Assembly: GCF_000143415.4 (NCBI RefSeq)
Contig: NW_003314262.1
Coordinates: 534,078 to 598,077, forward strand
DNA length: 64,000 nucleotides
Origin: Selaginella moellendorffii
Taxonomy: Eukaryota > Plantae > Lycopodiophyta
Reading direction: 5' to 3'
How positions within the stretch are numbered: the first letter of the stretch is position 1; every line of letters begins with the position of its first letter. The position numbers and the translations under genes were made by a program. The notes under the pieces are model-generated. The model saw nothing but the letters and a program-made list of their open reading frames with translations, did not search any database and was not told where the DNA came from. This document shows, piece after piece, positions 24,355-36,400 of the stretch.

Positions 24355-25908
24355 TCATTGCATCTCCACGTCCTGGTTTTCTATAGCTGCCACTATGTCC
24401 GATATGTTGATCGGTGAGTGCCGAGCAGCATACTGGAAAAGAATCTGCAAAGGCCAAAGGAAAAGGAGACATTAGAACGTCATAAAAAAGAACTGTGCAA
24501 GATTAAACCTTGGTGCAGCTATCAGCACAGGGGCGATATTTATTCGCAGGTCCTTGGTAATGAATGTCTGCTGCAAATGGTTTCCCGTCGACAATTTTCA
24601 AGCCGTCCGTTCCAATTGCAAAGCGAAGTAATGTCCCCGGTTTCAGAAATGTAGGATTCTGAGAGAAAATAGAAGTTTGTAGAGATTATTTAGAGGTTAT
24701 AGAGATTCCAAAGCCATAACCTGCTAAACTAACCTGCTCAAGGACTTGTCTTGGCATGGTCCCCAGTATGACAGAAGGATCATCACTCGTACCAACAGTG
24801 CCATCAGATTTGAGTTCGAGGACTACCTTTTCACGAAAAAAGAGAAAAAAAAAAACATTAGCTTGCTGGTCCCAGGAAGAAAACGCCGTAGTACCAACCT
24901 GTTGAAGGGATGGAACCTCGCCTTTGGCATCAGTGTCTAGCAAATATTGGCTGCACTGAGAATCCTTCCAAAGCAACGCTAACGGTGTGTATCCCACTGT
25001 GTAATGCGCATGCCTGTCCAGAACACGCATTGTATTAGGAGAAACGTAAAAACACCTGTCTGCAACCTGTTATAAAAAAGAATTCCATCTCTTAAGAATG
25101 TCTGTTCTTCCCTGTAGGCAGCGTCCAAACCTTTTGCGTTACATTCGTAAACAGGAAGCAAGCTGAAGCGATAACGGTGATGAGTTGAAGGCGGCTTGAG
25201 CGCGTCCGTCTCTACGATTTTGGAATCTCTCCAGAAGAGTCTGAATTCCGTGTTACAGTCGTACAGCGAATACCCACGCCAACACATGATGTCGAGAACA
25301 TAGTACGTTTCATCGGCCTGCACGGATAAGATCAACAAACAAAGGAAGTCTTTTCACAAAGTCTACCTCATGGAAAATGCAGTCCAGAATTGTAAACGAA
25401 GAACTTCCTTGAATGGGACCACTCGAAACTTTAGCGCCACTTGGCAGAGCCGAAGGAAAAGAGTGTAAGACTCGTCCATTGCGAAGCCTGCTAACTGTAG
25501 TCCCTCTAGAGGACACGACGATACACCGCTTTCCTGCTGGTCTAGCCATGACATACCTCCACCGAAGAAAGAAGCAGCAGTGAGAGGAATTTTCGCAAGC
25601 TAGAAATTGTGTTCTTACCAGTCACTTTGGAGGCCTAGGGGTATGTCAATCAGCCACTCCGGAAGCATGAATTGCCCAGAGAACCATTTCCTGGCGTCTT
25701 TCCCCTGTAATCTCGTCCCCTCTGCGAGACCCCATTCGTGCTCCTCCTCCTCCTCCACAACGCGCTGACCTTCCAATGCCGTCGCGAGCTGCCGGAAATG
25801 CAGCTGGAGATCGCGGCGCTGCTGCTTCTGCCGATCGAGCGCCACATCACGGCGCCGCTGCTGATCAGAGATTACCTTCTTGTGCGCGCGATGCCGGAGC
25901 TCCGCCAT
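24355..25908 (-). CDS. SNUPN: Snurportin-1 (m3G-cap snRNP import adaptor), about 7 exons
   Basis: N-terminal DQQRRRDVALDRQKQQRRD; FMLPEWLIDIP; ARPAGKRCIVVSSRGTTVSRLRNG..FPSALPSG; TILDCIF; YYVLDIMCWRG..CNTEFRLFW; DGILFY; YTVGYTPLALLWKD; last exon ILFQYAARHSPINI..MQ*. Confidence 0.92.
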
Positions 25909-26152
25909 ACCCTAAACCCTAGAGTTAAAATAAAATGTAAAACCGGTAAAAACCGTTACGATCCTGCGTATCCACAGAGGAATATTCAGTTAGACAGAGA
26001 AGAGGCATGGATTCTCCCGTTGGCCCGGGAGATTGTGGCGGAGCGCTGCTGGATCGATCTAGGGTATGGCATTGCGAGCTCCAGGGCTGTCGCGATCGCT
26101 ATGAGGCGAGGCGGCGCTTGAATCGTCGATCTTTGAGGGTTTCTTGGCTCGA
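25909..26152. promoter_or_regulatory. Short divergent promoter shared by snurportin-1 and GT64, with a telo-box
   Basis: Start codons are head-to-head 245 bp apart; AAACCCTA telo-box at 25914-25921. Confidence 0.55.
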
Positions 26153-27381
26153 ATGAAGGGGCAGAGGGATCAGCATCGGTTGCTGCTCCAGCGATGGCGG
26201 ATTTTCTTCTCCGGCCACTCGTCGTATCACATCAAGCTGCTTGTGCTCGTCGCGATTCTCTTGTCCACGGCGCTGCTCGCGCGCCGGGCGTCTTCTTTGA
26301 TGGGATGGAGGCACGGAACGGCAGAGTGTCAAGATCGCATGAGGTAACAGAGATTTCTTTCTCGGTTATGTTCTTGGCTACACATCCACGCTTTGGTCCA
26401 GGCAGCGCTACACGGTGCTCATCAACACCTGGAAGAGGAACGATTTGCTCAAGAAATCGGTAGCGCACTACTCGACTTGCAAGGGGATTGACGCGTTTCG
26501 AGTTGTGTGGAGCGAGCCGGAGATGCCCAGCAGCGAACTGCATTTGGCTCTGCTGGATTCCATCGCCAAGAACCGCCGGGGCTCCCGAGCTCCAGAGCTC
26601 CACTTTGACATCAACCGGGAAGACAATCTCAACAACAGGTTTAAACCGAGCAAAGGCCTCACCACCGACGCCGTCTTCTCCGTGGACGATGACGTTCTTG
26701 TTTCTTGCGGCACCATGGCGTTTGCTTTCAACGTTTGGCTCAGTGCTCGAGACACCATGGTTGGCTTTGTTCCACGAATGCACTGGGTACAATCCAAGGT
26801 ACTGGGAAGGAAAAACAAAATCTCTCAACAGTTTCTTACACTTTCCTTGGTTTTTCTCTAGAGCCAAATTCCAGCGCAAACTACTTACAAGTATGGAGGG
26901 TGGTGGACTGTTTGGTGGACTGGATCATACAGCATGGTTCTTTCCAAGGTCGCGTTCTTTCACAAAAAGTATCTGGAGCTTTACACGCACCAGATGCCTC
27001 GGATCATCCGTAACTACGTCGCCAACGAGAGGTATGCTTGTTTTTTTCCTGGCTCTTCGTGACTTGTGCGACTTTGATGGATGATCAACTCGCAGGAACT
27101 GCGAAGACATTGCGATGTCTTTTCTCGTGGCAAACGCAACGGGTGGTCCTCCAATTTGGGTGAAAGGTGCGAGGTCACAGTATGCTTTGCTATGGATTTG
27201 TAAGTGATTGCTTGCTCCAGGCCGCATTGTGGAGATTGGTTCTTCTGGAATCAGCAGCTTGACGGATCACAACCACAAAAGATCAAGATGCCTCAACTAT
27301 TTCACGACACTCTTCGGCGGCATGCCACTCGTTGCAACCAGTGTCAAGGCCGTGAACTCCAAACGCGAATGGTCTTGGTAA
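26153..27381 (+). CDS. EPC1: Glycosyltransferase family 64 (EPC1/GMT1-like, EXTL2-related), spliced
   Basis: N-terminal TM; YTVLINTWKRNDLLKKSVAHY; DNLNNRFKP; AVFSVDDDV; MVGFVPRMHW; YGGWWTVWWTGSYSMVLSK; RNCEDIAMSFLVANATGGPPIWVKG; stop at 27379-27381. Confidence 0.9.
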
Positions 27382-28414
27382 AATGCTGTTATAGTATTCT
27401 ACGTTTCGATCTTTTCCTCTTTTCGTCTTAGTCATCTAAGCAGTGTCCTAGGTGGTATTCTTGCACTTAAATTGTAGCTTGTATTCCTTAAATTTTTTGA
27501 AAGAAAATTGTAGGATTAAGCATAGAAGAACATAGTTAGTTTAGGATGATGTTTTTGACATACATGTATTTATAGATATGACACCATTCTCCCTTTCAGA
27601 AGATGGACAAAGCATTATGAATGTAACTTTAGTGGACCATTTAAAGCTTTTGCTTTATTGCACATCACTGCAAAAACTTGAAATTCCCATTAACTTACAT
27701 GTTCTTGAAACTTCTATGGCATCAATAACTTTTATGTTGTACTTGTGACAACAATAAAACTAAACCTTTGGCAAAAACATTAGCCAATTATGGAATTTTG
27801 ATGAATTAGTTACAATTTTATATATATATATATATAAAATAAAATACCTTGACTAAGTATTACATTATACTAGACTACCATTTGGGACTGAATTTGGTCC
27901 ATCCCTTTTTATATATAAATAGGGATCTAAACCATAACTAATACACTTATTCTCATATTTCAAGCACTCATAATAATATTTATATATAATTATAAGAAGT
28001 AAGATATTTCTAAAGCATTTGTCTTCAGAAGAATCATCAATAAGGAATTAGTGGTTCTTGTCACTTCCATCTAAACCCTGAGGTTTTCTTACTAATACTG
28101 TAATATTTACTTATGTAGAACATTTTTATGCATAGATATTTTTAATGAACATATATGGTAGCTAGAATTTGTTTTGTTTTTTTGAGGAGGGGATAAAAGA
28201 AAAGAATGGACTAAGTTCAATGTTTTTTTATGGAGAGGAGTTCAACATTTTATATACAATGGTAGACAAAGTTGAAGGTCATGAGTTTAAGTTAATGTAA
28301 ATTTTGAAGGCTGACTAGATATAAAATATGTAATTTACTAACCAATCCAATGGATACTATAATTATACACTTAAACCTCTCTGACAGAAAGTACAATGAC
28401 ACTATTTGAGACAT

Positions 28415-28640
28415 TGCTTCTCTCCAATCCAGGATTTCCCTTCCCGTTTCCAAATCCACCAAAAGCCCCACAAGACATCAGCAGCACTGCTACTAAGGTT
28501 GCAGTGTTGCTTCCAGCCCCATGCATTCAAAAGTTTTGAATAACTCCAAAACCATCTTGCTCTCCCTTGTCTCAGTGCATCCCAATAGCAATGAAGTCCA
28601 CAACATCATGATGCTTCATCTGGTTACACGATGATGGTGG
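28415..28640 (-). pseudogene. Degenerate PPR fragment
   Basis: Minus-strand frames give VLELFKTFECMGLEA / NTATLVAVL..SCG / LVDLETGREI, typical P-L motif remnants broken by frameshifts. Confidence 0.45.
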
Positions 28641-29139
28641 AGAACGGTTTGTGGAAAATCTAGTGTTGCTCTGGATGCTCTTGACACCTAGGATACAGCA
28701 AGCAGCAATCAACATGTAGGTGATCTGCACATAGCTACATGGCAACAGTAGCCATAAGTGAATGTGTTTATTTTCTTCTCTCTACCAAAGCTACAATCTG
28801 TGGTCTTAACAGTGAATCCGTTTCTACTATGATAAGTTGTTCAATAGAACTTCAAAGAGTGTAGAAAAGGTATGTAGATTTTTTTTGCCAAGTTCTTTCT
28901 TCCTTTAGGTTGGAGTTAAAATGGCATTATTGCTATTGGAGCAAGAAAACTAAAAAGGGTGGACATTGAGAGGAGACATGTGTTTTCCCCACAAAATCTC
29001 CACTTCATTTCCAAAGTTATCTCCATAATAATCAAATTATCATCACACTCATTTGTATAATAATAAACTTTGTCAACTGACACCATTTCCTAATCTACAT
29101 AATAACTAGGTAAACGGATATATCTCAAATCAAGCTTCA

Positions 29140-29178
29140 GCCAACGTGGGTTCCAACCCACGACCTCGGTGTTAACAA
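29140..29178 (-). pseudogene. tRNA 3'-half fragment (Ile/Asn-like)
   Basis: Minus strand taacaccgaggtcgtgggttggaacccacgttggc resembles anticodon 3' strand, variable loop, T-arm and acceptor; 5' half absent. Confidence 0.35.
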
Positions 29179-29222
29179 GAACAAGTCCAAGTACGAAGCC
29201 CTCTCCTGGCAGTTCTTCGAGC

Positions 29223-30718
29223 ATGGATAAGCCGGTGATGGAAGTGGCCATCGTTGGTGGGGGCTGGGCGGCCTTGCTCTCGCAGCGGGCCTACATTCTC
29301 GAGGAATCCAAGCTCACGTGTTCGAGAAATCCCCAAACCTCATCGCGGACACAGCCACGGCGGTCAGCCTCGGCCCCAATGGTATTCTCCCCAAATCTCT
29401 TCTAGATCTCCTCGCTCAATCTTTCCCCGATGGAATTGATGCGCAGCCAGCCGCGCCTTAGTGTCGGCCTCTCTGCGGCGATCAAGTCGGTCGCGAGCCT
29501 CACCAAGACGACCAAGGTCACATTCTGTGGATCGCGCAATGGCGCCGGTGACGAAACCCTAGTGACGACCTATGGCGAGGACGAGCTCTACGTCGTCAAA
29601 TGGCGCAGCGCCAGATCCATCCTCGCCTCGCGCGTCCCAGCTCGGTACATCCACTGCTCTCACGTGCTCCTCGACTACTTCCTGGACGATCAGTCCGTGG
29701 CGCTGCGATTCCAATGCGGCGGTGAGGTCACGATAATCCGTGCCAAGTTCGTGGTGGGTGCCGATGGAATCAACTCGGCGGTGAGGCGAGCGATGTATCC
29801 TGCCGATCGTCCGTGGGATCTCCACCTCATCAATTGGAATGCGCTCGTCCACAATCCTGGGAGATTTTCGGTGCACGATCCAGACCAGATCGCAATCACC
29901 CGGAGCGGCGGCCCATCAATATGCTACCTCGTCGGCGCTGGTACGGTCCTCCGGTATGGATGATCTAGCTCTTGTACGGAAGTTGACACTGTTCTTGCTG
30001 CTCTAGGCGAGGATTACACGCTGTGGGTGTTTAGAGTTGAGGATCGCAGCACCGCGAAGGAATCCAGCGGGGGGTTTTGCGATGAATCCGGCAAGGCGAG
30101 GGTGCTGGAAGAGATTGACAAGCTTCTGGGCTCGTCTCCCGCGTGGGAGCCGCTCAAAATCGCGGTGGAAGCAACCGAGGCGGGGCAGATCTTCCAGCGG
30201 AGAATCAAGGACCGAATTCCGCTTGAGAGCTGGAGCAATCTGGATCAGAGGTGGTGCTCATGGGCGATGGTAAGTTTTTTTTTCGATGAAGTTTTGTTAC
30301 ATGAATCTCTTCTCTCTTTTTAGCTGCTCATGCGATGCATTGGGGCCCCGCCCAAGGAGCAAGAACAGCCTTCGAAGACGCTCATCAGCTTTGTGAGCTT
30401 CTCTCCCCCGCCCTCGCGGCTGGAAATCCGGAAGATCTCAAGCGAGCAGTGATGAGGTAAAGTTGTGCGAAGTCTCACGACGGTCAGAAGTTATAACGCA
30501 AGGTTCTTTCAAATAGGTATGAAGAGCTTCGAATCCCTCGCTTGACAAAGTTCCAAAACTACGCAGCAGAGACAACCTGCATAGCCGACTTTATACCGGC
30601 TTGGGCGACACAGTTGACGCCCTCAGATCAGAGGTGCCGGATGAAGGAGTTTCAACACTGGGCCGCTAGTTACCCGCTAAACATGACTGGTGATCCAGAT
30701 TCAACATACTTCAAGTAA
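29223..30718 (+). pseudogene. FAD-dependent monooxygenase paralog A1, full length but frameshifted
   Basis: Collinear with 58051-59495. It has a -1 deletion in the GxGxxG codons (~29260), a 10-bp deletion at ~29460 and a -1 deletion at ~30250. Confidence 0.85.
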
Positions 30719-31312
30719 AATTATTGCAAATATAAGGGATTCCACAAGTTATGATATAAACATCTACTTCTTAGCCAAGGGGTGCTTCGAACTTGATCCC
30801 TGTGGTGAGCCATTGAAGTTTCTAATCCTAAATGAAGGCAATGCATTACCTTAATCACTCTTGGTGAAGAACAACATTGCCAACTTTGTAGCCATGAGAC
30901 AAGATGGGCCAAACGATCTTTCTAAGGATGGAGTAGTTCTTTCTCTTTTGTTTAGCTCATGGAAACGAGGCCACTTCAAGAAGAGGGATTCTCCAGAGGA
31001 GATGATCATCGTGGGCTGGCAGACCAAGTTTGATCCTCTGGACAAGATTGACAAGAACTCGGGACACGAGAAGATCCACAAGAACCACCAAGAACACCAT
31101 CCAAAATCTTCCAAGCAGAGCACGAGCAATGGAAAGTACCAGCGCGCCGCCAAGGTCTACTTCGTGCCCCTCCTATTCTCGACGATCACGGCCGGCGCCA
31201 GCAAACCCCCGCGTAACTGGTATCTGAAACCGTGGCCGGCTTGCTGAAAAATAAAGTCACCAAGGGGCATGTGATGACAACAGGAATATTTGGTTCAGAT
31301 TTTATTTGATTC

Positions 31313-31738
31313 ATGGTGATGGAAGTGGCCATAGGTGCTGGCCGGCCTTGCGCTCGCCGCAGGCCTACATTCTCGAGGAATCCAAGCTCATGTCTTCGCG
31401 AAATCCCCAAACCTCATCACCGCCACGGCCACCAGCCTCGGTCCCAATGGTATAGATCTCCCAAGCTTTCCTCTCCAACGGATTGGATTGATGCGCGCCT
31501 TGGATGGCATCTCGGCGGCGATCAAATCGGTCGCGAGCCTGTACATCCACTGCTCCCACGCGCTCCTCGACTACTGCCTGGAAGATCAATCCGTGGCGCT
31601 GCGATTCCAGTGTGGCGGTGAGGTCGCGATATTCCCGGCCACGATGGAATCAACTCGGCGGTGAGGCGAGCGATGTATCCAGCGGATCGCCTGCAGGATC
31701 TCCATCTCATCAACTGGAACGCGCTCGTCCACAATCCT
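31313..31738 (+). pseudogene. FAD-dependent monooxygenase 5' fragment (B1) with internal deletions
   Basis: MEVAIG..LALAAGLHSRGIQAHVF, YIHCSHALLDY, LHLINWNALVHNP, then an abrupt end; upstream 31213-31310 matches 57872-57970. Confidence 0.85.
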
Positions 31739-32659
31739 AAAAGAACATAAAAATAATTTGCTACGTGTAGCAACGTTTAGTTTGTTTAATAGTAATGTTG
31801 TTTTTATTTATTAATCTAATTGATCAAATAATTTTTTTATAAATTATAAACATGTTTATAATTATAACACAAGATTAATCTTATTGCATTAGAATTAAAA
31901 AGAATATACTAGAAAATGTTTAAGAAAGTTTATAAATTATAAACATGTTTATAAAATTATAAATACAAGATTAATCTAAATGAATAACAACCGTTAGATG
32001 GTAGAATATCCTAGAATTTTCAAGCATATTCTAGGTATATTCACTACCACCTACAGGTTTGTTAAGCAAACAAAAAATTAAACTGAGTTTTATAATTTTA
32101 TTTAAGATTTATAAAAATAAAAATTTAAAATATTTAAGTAAATTTATATTTATATTTTACCAGTTATTTTAGAGAATAAAATAGGATATTTTATTGGCCA
32201 GATTACCAAACACCAAAAACGCTTAAAGTGAACACACTTGCCTCGCCAGATTCATTGTAAAATCTATCACTAGATCCTGTGATCCTCAACACTAAGGTGT
32301 AATCCTCACCTAGAATAGTATCAAATTCTATATGAGAGAACTGTACCTGTGTTGACAAGGAAAGACACTAATAGGTGCTCCAAATGCTTGCAATCTAGTC
32401 TCGATCATGCACTGAAAATCTTACCATTGTTTTTGGCTTTCTAATTTCTAGAGTAGCTATAGATCTTGGTGAGTTTAGTTGTTGCCCTCAAAATTAAGCA
32501 TGTGCCACCCCATGGCAAGTAATGACAAGGTTCCAACACATCTATCTTATATTGTTTAGTTGTTGAAATGTAAATCCCCTAGTGAACAATCCTTATTAAT
32601 GAGCACAAAGAGGCTTTGGATTTGTGTCCTCTTGCTGTGAGACACAAATCCCTAAACCC

Positions 32660-33420
32660 CAAGATGGAGTCCAAGATGGAGTTTGAGATGGAGTCTGAGA
32701 TGGACCAAGATGGAGTCCGAGATGGAGTTCAAAATGGACTCGAGATAGAGTCCGAAATGGACATGAGATGGAGTCCGAGATGGACCAAGATGGACTTAAG
32801 ATGGAGTCTGAGATAGACCCAAGATGGACTCGAGATGGAGTTTGAGATGGACCCGAGATGGAGTCCAAGATGGTGTCCGAGATGGAGTCCAAGATGGTGT
32901 CCGAGATGGAGTCCGAGATGGAGTCCAAGATAGAGTCTGAGATGGACCCAAGATGGAGTCCGAGATGGACCGAGATGGAGTTCAAGATGGACTCGAGATG
33001 GAGTTCGAGATGGATCTGAGATGGAGTCTAAGATGGACCCGAAATGGAGTTTGAGATGGACCTAAGATGGAATTTGAGATGGAGTCTGAGAAGGACCCAA
33101 GATGGAGTCTGAGGTCGAGCTGAGCTGGGTGACCTCCCGGGAAATCCAAACTCAGGAGTTTACACCCGGGAGATCGAATGGTCAATGTGCCCAACCCAAA
33201 TGTGGGTGGCCAAAATGAGCGTAACACATTTGGACTAAAAGCTCTGACTTGAGGAGTCCGAGATGGACCAAGATGAAGTCCGAAATGGACCCGAGATGGA
33301 CCCGAGATGGAGTTTGAGAAGGACCCAAGATGGAGTCCGAAGTCGAGACGGAGACCAAGACCAAGTCTGAGTCCGAGTCCAAGTCCGAGTCTGAGTCAAA
33401 GTCCGAGTCCGAGTTCGAGT
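32660..33420. repeat. Minisatellite (gagatggagtcc / gagatggacc, 10-12 bp units) in the element-1 5' LTR
   Basis: Dozens of degenerate units; counterpart at 54670-55160; source of spurious MES/SIS-rich ORFs. Confidence 0.9.
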
Positions 33421-36400
33421 TTGAGAGGGTGAAAGCCCAAAGCGTTTGTCTCCCAAACCTTGGGGGGGCTTGATGAGCTCCAAAAGTATAGTAGGGGGAG
33501 CCCAAAGCGTTCATTTCCCAAACACTAGGGGGTTTGGTGAGCTTCAAAAGTATAGTAGAGGGAGGACTCAATTGGAGCCAGTTTGGCCAGGAAAGGCCAG
33601 TTTGGCCCAGGAAGACTATACCTAGGTGTTAGGTGATGGGATAACCATTAGGAAGTCCAAGGCTCTAAGTGAATACGGACTGACAAGTAGGCTAGCTTGG
33701 TGAAGTGTTCAAGAGCCAACTCTAGTTCCCTTGGGAGATCGAATGGCCGATGCTCCTAATCCAAGTTTGGGTGGCACTACCTACTTGGAGACCTAATATG
33801 GCTCAATGGAACTTCGCTCTAAGCCCATGGCTAGAGCACCAAAAGGCAGAAGGTGGGGAGAGTATCCTAAGGCTCGCGTAAGGCCACAGTGTTCCAAAAT
33901 GTTGTCTCAAAGTCCTAGACTGTGAAAAGGAAGAGGAGCAATCCTCTAGTGCAATGACTAAGGATACGGTCACATGGTGAAAAAGTCCCAAAGAACAGTG
34001 GAACTTAGAGGTCGAGCCTACAGGCCTTGTTCCAGTGGCAGTGTTGGCGAACATAGCCATGGACTTGATAGGGACTGTAAAAGGGATATTGGGGAAGGCT
34101 GTTCCCCATGTCTATGGGCATCTTAAAAATGCTAAGGAGAGGACCTAAGATGGTCGCTCATGGACGAATGGCTCAGTCCTTGAGAGATAGGATTGCGATA
34201 CAGGTGGTGTTGGACCACCGGTGTGACCAAGGGGAATGGGCATGGCTTTAGTGTAACAGATTGGTATGTCAGTGGTACCTTGGGTGTCGGTCATGGGATT
34301 GGACACGTGGAGCACTTGGACCAAGGGCAAAGGTTGAGTGGCATGGGGGCCATTCTTGGGACTAGCAAGTCCCCAAGTTCGGAATAGGACTTAAGGAGGT
34401 TGTGAGTGAAATTCCTCTAAGTGATTGAAGGTGTGGCTAAATGATTAAAGTAGAATGGAAAAATTAGTCACTTACATAAGGATGCTAAGGAGCGGATTTG
34501 GGATGACCACTCATGAACGGATGGCCCAGTCTTCGAGAGACAGGACTGTGATCTAGGTGGTATTGGACCACTAGTGCGGCAAAGGTGATTGGGCATAGCT
34601 GTAGCATAACAAGCTAATATGTTGGTAATACCTTTGAGTGTTGGTCATGGGATCAGACACATGGAGCACTTGGACCAAGTGCAAAGGTTAAGTGGCAAGG
34701 ATGCCATTCTCGGGGTTAACAAGCCCCAAGTCCGGAATAAAATTTACAGAGGTTGTGAGTGAAACTCCTCCAAGTGGTCGAAGATGTGGTTAAATGACTA
34801 AAGTAGAATGGAAAATTTAGCCACTTACAATTTGGTATCAGAGTTGTTCCTTAGTCCGACTTTTATTGGTGCTCAAGTATATCATTGTTGGTGTTAGCAT
34901 CGGAAGGTCTTAGGAGTGGGCCTATCCTTGAGGAGTAGCAGGTCAGGAAGACGTGGCTCTCCACTACAGTTCATGTGTGAACTTGTAGGTGAGATGGTTG
35001 ATAGAAAAGGGCCAATAATAGAATAACTTTGGGATCTTGGGAATAGTATAAGGTTTTCCTCAAAGAGTTAAGGATGTGATTTAGATGAGCATTTGACTTA
35101 TCAAACTGGCTAATGTAGTTGTGGTAAACAACTACAGTTGGGATCATGGGGAAGGTAGAGACTCAAAAACAATAAAGGAGTCACAAAATTATCCTCATAA
35201 AATTGAGATTGGTGCTCATGAATTTAAGACCAGAATTAATAACTGTGGGAAGTCAAATATGGATAAGGACATAAGTCCTTAAAATGGTAGCTAGGGCTAC
35301 CATTTATAAATGTTGGAACAAACCCAAGGAGTTATGAGACAGTATTCTCATCATATGGATGGATAGTCTTAAGGAGCGAGAGTAGTCCATAGAAAATGAG
35401 GAATAATCAAGTGTTAGAGCAACACTTGCAAAGATGGTCCTTGTGAGTAGGACACAAATACACAAAGTTGTATTCCAGCGAGCTGACACCTCAAAAATAG
35501 GACATTACCAGTAATTGGATTAGCAAAATAAAAAAATGTTAGATGACTCAAGTAGAGTCAAGGAATAGTTCTAAGGGATTGGTAAAAGCATTTGGATTGA
35601 GGTGTATTGTGCCCCACGAAGGATAGGGAGGATTATAAAATCTAAATATGAAAATAGTGGGTATCTCATTGATGGCAAAATATGTTATATTAAAGTCATG
35701 GGAAAGGTGTTTCTAGAAGAAAATAACTTTTACACAAAGTTGTATGTAAACTTTATGGTGTAGTGCTAATGGATAGTTAGCATGAGAAAGAATTGTATTG
35801 ATTTTGGCAAGGACCCAAACACAAGTAAGAAGTGTCATAAAGGTAGGCTCGTGAAGCCGATGGTGTAGAGACACTAAATGCACTAAAGTGTGATGCTTTG
35901 AGGTCAAGTTGGTAGATTTATGAGAACCCCTCCCCAAAGGAATTCTAATGGAAATGGGAATGGCATAGCTTAAGTTGGAAGGCATACGGTTGGAGTGTGG
36001 TGACCCAAATAATGATGGAGGTGTAAAAACACTAGCAATGAGTTATAGGACTTGACCATTATAAGGCAATTAAACAAAAGGTGCAAAATAATTGGTTAAA
36101 CTGGTAGAAAGTAACTACCTAAGACTTCTTATTGGGATAAGGAAGTTGGATATACCCTTATAAGGGATAAATTGCTTATGTTGCGATATAGTAAGTCAAT
36201 GTTATAAAGGGAATGCTCATTAAAAGAGGGCATCATTAAGACACTCAAACACTCTAAAACACCAAGAAGTGGTATTAGGTGTCATAAGGGCATTAGATAA
36301 GGCATGAGGGACTAAGTCCCTAACGAATGATGGGTAGTAAGTGCTATCCTATGTCCAAAGTTGCGGAGACGGGAGTAGTTCGTCTATTTGCATTAAACAA

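Noticed and set aside
32596-33571. CRISPR-like or coding appearance of short repeats (also 38217-38562, 52860-53170, 54582-55295)
   Set aside because: These are contiguous degenerate 6-12 bp units without unique spacers or cas genes, inside LTRs; the ORFs are repeat artefacts
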